NCBI RefSeq assembly: GCF_006345805.1
Contig: NC_043002.1
Location: 77,128,001-77,192,000, forward strand
Length of the DNA stretch: 64,000 nucleotides
Direction of reading: 5' to 3'
From: Octopus sinensis
Taxonomy: Eukaryota
The notes beneath the pieces were generated by a model. It saw only the letters and a list, made by a program, of their open reading frames with translations. It ran no database searches and was not told where the DNA came from. This document shows positions 59,002-64,000 of the stretch, one piece after another (the first letter of the stretch is position 1; each line of letters starts with the position of its first letter). Position numbers and translations under genes: made by a program.

Positions 59002-59889
59002 GTCAGATCAACCCCAATAATCGATTGGTATTTATTTTACTGATGCTAGGAGATTTAAAAGGTAAGTCAGTTCCAGCAGGATTTGAACTCGAAATGTTAT
59101 CAGACATAACTAAATACTCAAAAGTGTTTAACCCAGTGATCTAGTAAATCTATCTATCACCCACCACCTAAATATTGATTTCCAACATTGGCTCAAACTC
59201 ACACATTCAAGGAAAAGATATTGTCAATTAAATTGACACTAGTATTTGACAGGTGCTAGCTATACAGGCAGATACTTTAACAAAAGAAAAGCAGTCTAGA
59301 AGAAAACCAAATATAAGTGTACCTATATTCATTGTGTAGCTACTTTCATTGAAGCTGCATTGAAGAAACCAAGGAACAAAAGGCCAAAGAAAAAGGAGAA
59401 AGTAAAAACATACTCAACACCAGAGTTGATGACACATCCAAAAGTTGTGGGGACACCATGTTGAAAAAAGTTGAGGAGTAGGGGCAGAAACCAGACATGG
59501 TTCCTCCTGATGATGTCATTAGCCACTGGATCCTACAAAGAAGCTGGTGAGGTAGCTAACCATGAAACATGGTTGGAATTCCTCCTTTATTGTTGTTGTT
59601 GTTTTGCCCTTAGTTTGTTCATATCAAGCAGACTTATGATCAAAAGACATTCTAGTTATGACCGTCTCTACTAAATTTGTCTGGTCAGGTGTACCTTAGA
59701 CAACACTATTCAGTGTAGCTTTTTAGATAAAAGTAAGGTGTAAATTGAGAGAGATTTGGCCGCTATTTCTAGCAAGTTAATGAACCACATAGTTGCTTCC
59801 TTGTTAGCTCATGTGATCACATTCAATAATACTTTGTGTTAATTTAATTTCTCATGTAATAAGTGAGGCAGATGTTTAAATTTTGCATT

Positions 59890-60090
59890 GGTTTCTAACA
59901 TAGGTACAAGGCATCAATTTCAGGGTAGAATACCCGTCAATTAGTCTGACTCTAGTGTCTAACTGGTACTTTATTTTTTCAACACTTAAGGTTCATAGGC
60001 AAAGCTGACCTCAGCAGGAATTGAACTCAGAATGTAATGAGCCGTAACTAAATACTGGAAAGTATTTTATGACACCCTAACAATTCTTAC
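59890..60090 (-). mobile_element. SINE family D, diverged
   Basis: Family motifs aactggtact...gaattgaactcagaatgtaa. Confidence 0.7.
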
Positions 60091-60736
60091 TCATTCCTGC
60101 TGTTTCTTCACATTGCATTTAAAAGAAAGAAAAGATATATGTAAACTCATAGATATTATTACACAAGAATGGTAACTTCTGTTCTTCTGTTCCCTTCTGG
60201 TAAAATCTCACAGTCAATTGCATTCATTATAAAGAGGTTTCCAGATGTCATGTGTTTTGTCAATTCAGGATACAGAGAGGGGAAAATGTTAAATAACTGA
60301 AATGCCTTAAGAAATAAAGTGCAGTCTACTGCTATCTTCAGATAGATTACTTTTTAAAGTTATCTCCAAAGATTTTCTATAGAAATTATAGCAAGTAGTG
60401 AAAGTTACATTTCATATACAAATATATCTCTGTAAGCAATGCTATCAAAGATTGAAAAATAGGTAAAAGATGTTTATGAATGCATCAGGAGAATTTTGCT
60501 CCTTCTTCAGCAACACATTAACCATCCATGACCACATTGCTTAAATAGCCACCAAATATAGCAGTGTAACACAGTTAGATTTACCAACTCTACATATTTA
60601 ATACATTCCCAGCAACTGGTATGTACATATTAATTGCTGGCAAGGACACTGTGTTTTGTTATGCAACTATAATAAACAACCAGTATGTTAAAGGCTTATA
60701 ACTCAATATGTCTGTATGTGAGAAAGAGAGTCAGTG

Positions 60737-60774
<38 letters not shown>

Positions 60775-60945
60775 GACAGGCTTCAATACAGTTTCCATTT
60801 ACAAAAATTCACTCACATGGCATTGGTCAGTCTGGAGCTAAAGTAGAAGTCACTTGCCCAAGGTGCCTTACATTGGGACTGAACCTGAAACCACATGATC
60901 ACAAAGCATGCTTCTGAACCACACAACCATGCCTGTACCTATAAA
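60775..60945 (-). mobile_element. SINE family C, 5' part
   Basis: cacttgcccaaggtgcc...gggactgaacctg motif. Confidence 0.7.
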
Positions 60946-63900
60946 CCATGCTCACAGAGTTGTGATTTAAGGGAAATTTTGCTGATATATCTAGCAAATT
61001 GATCAACCACATTGAGGCATCTTGTTTGTATGAAAATGGTGAGGTTACAGGTAGTGAAAATAATTTGGAATGCAAGGAAAATACAAAACTGAAATAATAA
61101 AGCTGATAATGACAGTAACAATGGCAAGAAGAACAACAGTTTATGTACATTGCTTTTGGTTATTGAAAACACATTTTTGTTTGGCTTCTTTAGATATTGG
61201 AAAATAGAGTCTCATGAATATTTTAGCTATGACAAAGCTGACAAATGAGAAATCAAACCCTGAGAATATTTGAAAAGAAATGTCTGGAATAATCCCTAAT
61301 TAGGTGTCTAGACTTTCCGAAACACTAAATAAATTTTGTAAAGATGATCCCCCCCCCCCGTTTCCACAAGTATAATAACATAGACACACTTCAATGATAT
61401 TATCTAGTTGTCTATCAACCATGCATGTTTACTTGTGGTTGTAGTGTGTATGTGTGTGTGTGTGTGTGTACATAAACACATATAGCAATTTATGGTGGAA
61501 CTAACGTTATTCAGTTATTTAACATGTCAGCCAGTTGCTCAGTCAAGCAGCGAACATTCCTTCAGAGAATATTAACACAAGAACAACCCAGAATCAATGC
61601 CGGGTGAATCTGTTGAATAGCATCATTGATGAAGGCAACAACAGGGATTATGATGAGTGGTGGATTATTATTTTATTATAGCCATAGCTTCTTGAAGGAA
61701 TAGACAGGAAACATTTCAATGTGCATAGCAGTAGGATAAAGGAATATTTGAAGAAGCGGGGAAGAGGGAGCAGAAGAAATAATAGTCATAAAAGGATAGA
61801 GTAATAGTCACTTGATGCTTGGTAATAAGTCTGAGGCACGAGCAAAGCCCTACTTTCACTTTCTTTTTGTCCCCACCACCACCACCTCTGCTCAGCCAAT
61901 CAGCAGCCAGTATCTCCATAGCCGGGCTGTTGCTGGAATGGTGAGGGAGTAGAAGCATTTAGACAGTGTAAAATCCATTGCAGGCATAAACAGGGAAGTA
62001 GGGAAAGAAAGGAATTTAGCATGTGTGAAGGGGGAGAGATAAAAGAGAAGGTTCAGGCTACTCCCACCCATTTCACACTGTAAATGAATGTATGCATTTA
62101 AATGTGTATGTATGATATTAATGTGGCTGCTTCCATCTGTGCATGTATTTGCGGGTGAGAGAGGAGGTGAATTTGTGTGTGTCTGTGCACAAATATAGAT
62201 TTTCAAATGTCTGCATGTTTATGACACAGTATATTCTCAAGAAGGGTAATGGAGTTGCTGTTACACTAATTGCTGGGTTTCGGCTGCTGTCTCATCCTTC
62301 ACTTCCTTTAAGACTATATACATCTGGGTTCCCACTCCCTATTTTCTGTCACTACAGCTGCACCACACACCATACACATGCACATACACATACACATCTA
62401 CTACACTCCTTTCCTATCAGTCTTTGCTCCAGTAAATTTCTGCCGGTATGCAGTGACATCAACAATTGAATGGAATCCCCTCAAACTGCTATCAGGTGGG
62501 TGTCTGCTAATATTCTTGAATTCCAATGGTATTTCACACTAAATTTACAGCTAAACATCAAAATTACTTTGAAATTTATTTTTTAAAATTTCAACTTAAA
62601 AAAAAAAATTCTCTTAGAATTTTGATAGATTTGTATCTATTTTTACATTAGGAATTTCCCCCTTCATTCTTTTCTGTTTACTTGTTGTAACTGAAAGCAG
62701 AAGAATATTTCAACAGGCATCCTACTACATGCTTCCATTTCTGACAGCCTTGATTCTTCAACATGTGACTGTTAAGGAATTTCAAATCATTTCCTGCATT
62801 TTTACTCTACTTTCACAGTGTATGTTTTTACTATTTTATTACATCTTATATAGACATTTCTCGCCCTTTCCTTAAAACAATATTTCATGCTCTTTTTTAA
62901 GAGGTTCTTTTATTCAATTAGCTTTCTTAAAGGTCATCAATTCCCATTCTGTTTGTATTACATTCTCAAATATTACCTATTGATTTGTAGATGACATTAT
63001 AAAGTTAATGTCTAGGAACTACTGAAATTCAATAATGCTTCTTCAAGATTTTTAATTACTTTATTTTTAACTCAATTTCTTCCATCATTCCAATTATTTT
63101 TATCATTATTATCATCATTATTGTTATTATTATTATTATCAACTGTTTTCCAATCTGATATTTTCAAAAATTTAACAATGATGGTGATTTCATGATTGTT
63201 TTTATAATTACATTCCCCAGACTGACATTTTTATTTAGTGTGACATTTCTGTAAATTCCAAAAACTTTTTTTGAGGAGATATTAAGTGTCAGATAAAGAA
63301 AATAATACAAGATTTTTTTAAAAACTTTTCCCTTCACTTTTTTAATCAAAATATTATTGGAAATAACAGAGAAAGAGTAGGAAGTTGTTGAATAGAAATT
63401 AATTCAATTCTTCTGTAGAAATTTTTTTTCATATATGGATTATAAGGTTAAATATAAAACTCCAGAATACAATAGTATAACAGTATTATAATCAATTTAT
63501 ATAATGTGATGTCTGTTTATTGTGTATATGATTAAAAATGATATATACATATGATTTATTGCCAGAGAATATTGAGTTACACCGGTTATGTATAACAGAT
63601 ATTTCGGCAGGGGTAACATGTGACTACTTACAGAAGCCACCATGATGACAGCATGAAACAGGACTAGACAAATAAATAGATGAAATCAAACAAAATAGTT
63701 TTATTATCAAATTTTAGAATATCCATATCATATATTTCAGATAGTCATGTTGTTAAATATGAAAACAAAAAGCTACTAAGCCCTAAAATAGCCATACATT
63801 CAAATGTATAATAGAGATATCAAGTATGAAAATAGCTGTATTGCCTATGAAAATATAGTTTTAGATAAACTTGTTGTAATGATTGAAAATGATAACAGTT

Positions 63901-64000
63901 CATTTGGTGCAAATGATAAAGTTGTGTCCAGTTTGGTAACTTTACATTTCAGATTTCGAATCACTCAAGAATTCAGTTAATTCTGTTTTTCATCATTACT

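Overview
AT-rich, repeat-dense eukaryotic genomic DNA. It is most likely from an octopus (coleoid cephalopod); this is inferred from the tRNA-headed SINE families and microsatellite load, not from a database search. There are no prokaryotic operons, CRISPR arrays or rRNA genes, and no intact tRNA genes. Retroelements: a near-full-length but frameshifted RTE-clade LINE (362-4093) with APE, RT and PHD-like finger domains; many short copies of its 3' tail, one expanded into a nested 62-bp/305-bp satellite (13.5-15.3 kb); at least four SINE families; fossils of CRE-type, CR1/L2-type and a second RTE LINE. DNA transposons: a decayed Buster-type hAT transposase, plus MITEs of hAT, piggyBac-like and Mutator-like type. 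A probable minus-strand multi-exon gene has six phase-compatible exons at 17.4-28.4 kb and weaker exon candidates on both sides; I cannot identify its protein. Most notable observations: a 5'-truncated U2 snRNA copy enclosed by 98-bp inverted repeats of a MITE-like element (5.4-5.8 kb), a degenerate Penelope-type hammerhead ribozyme (12.45 kb), a perfect 19-bp hairpin with Helitron-like ends, and repeated insertion of one SINE family into its own copies at TTCT-like sites. Most ORFs in the supplied track are microsatellite or SINE artefacts.
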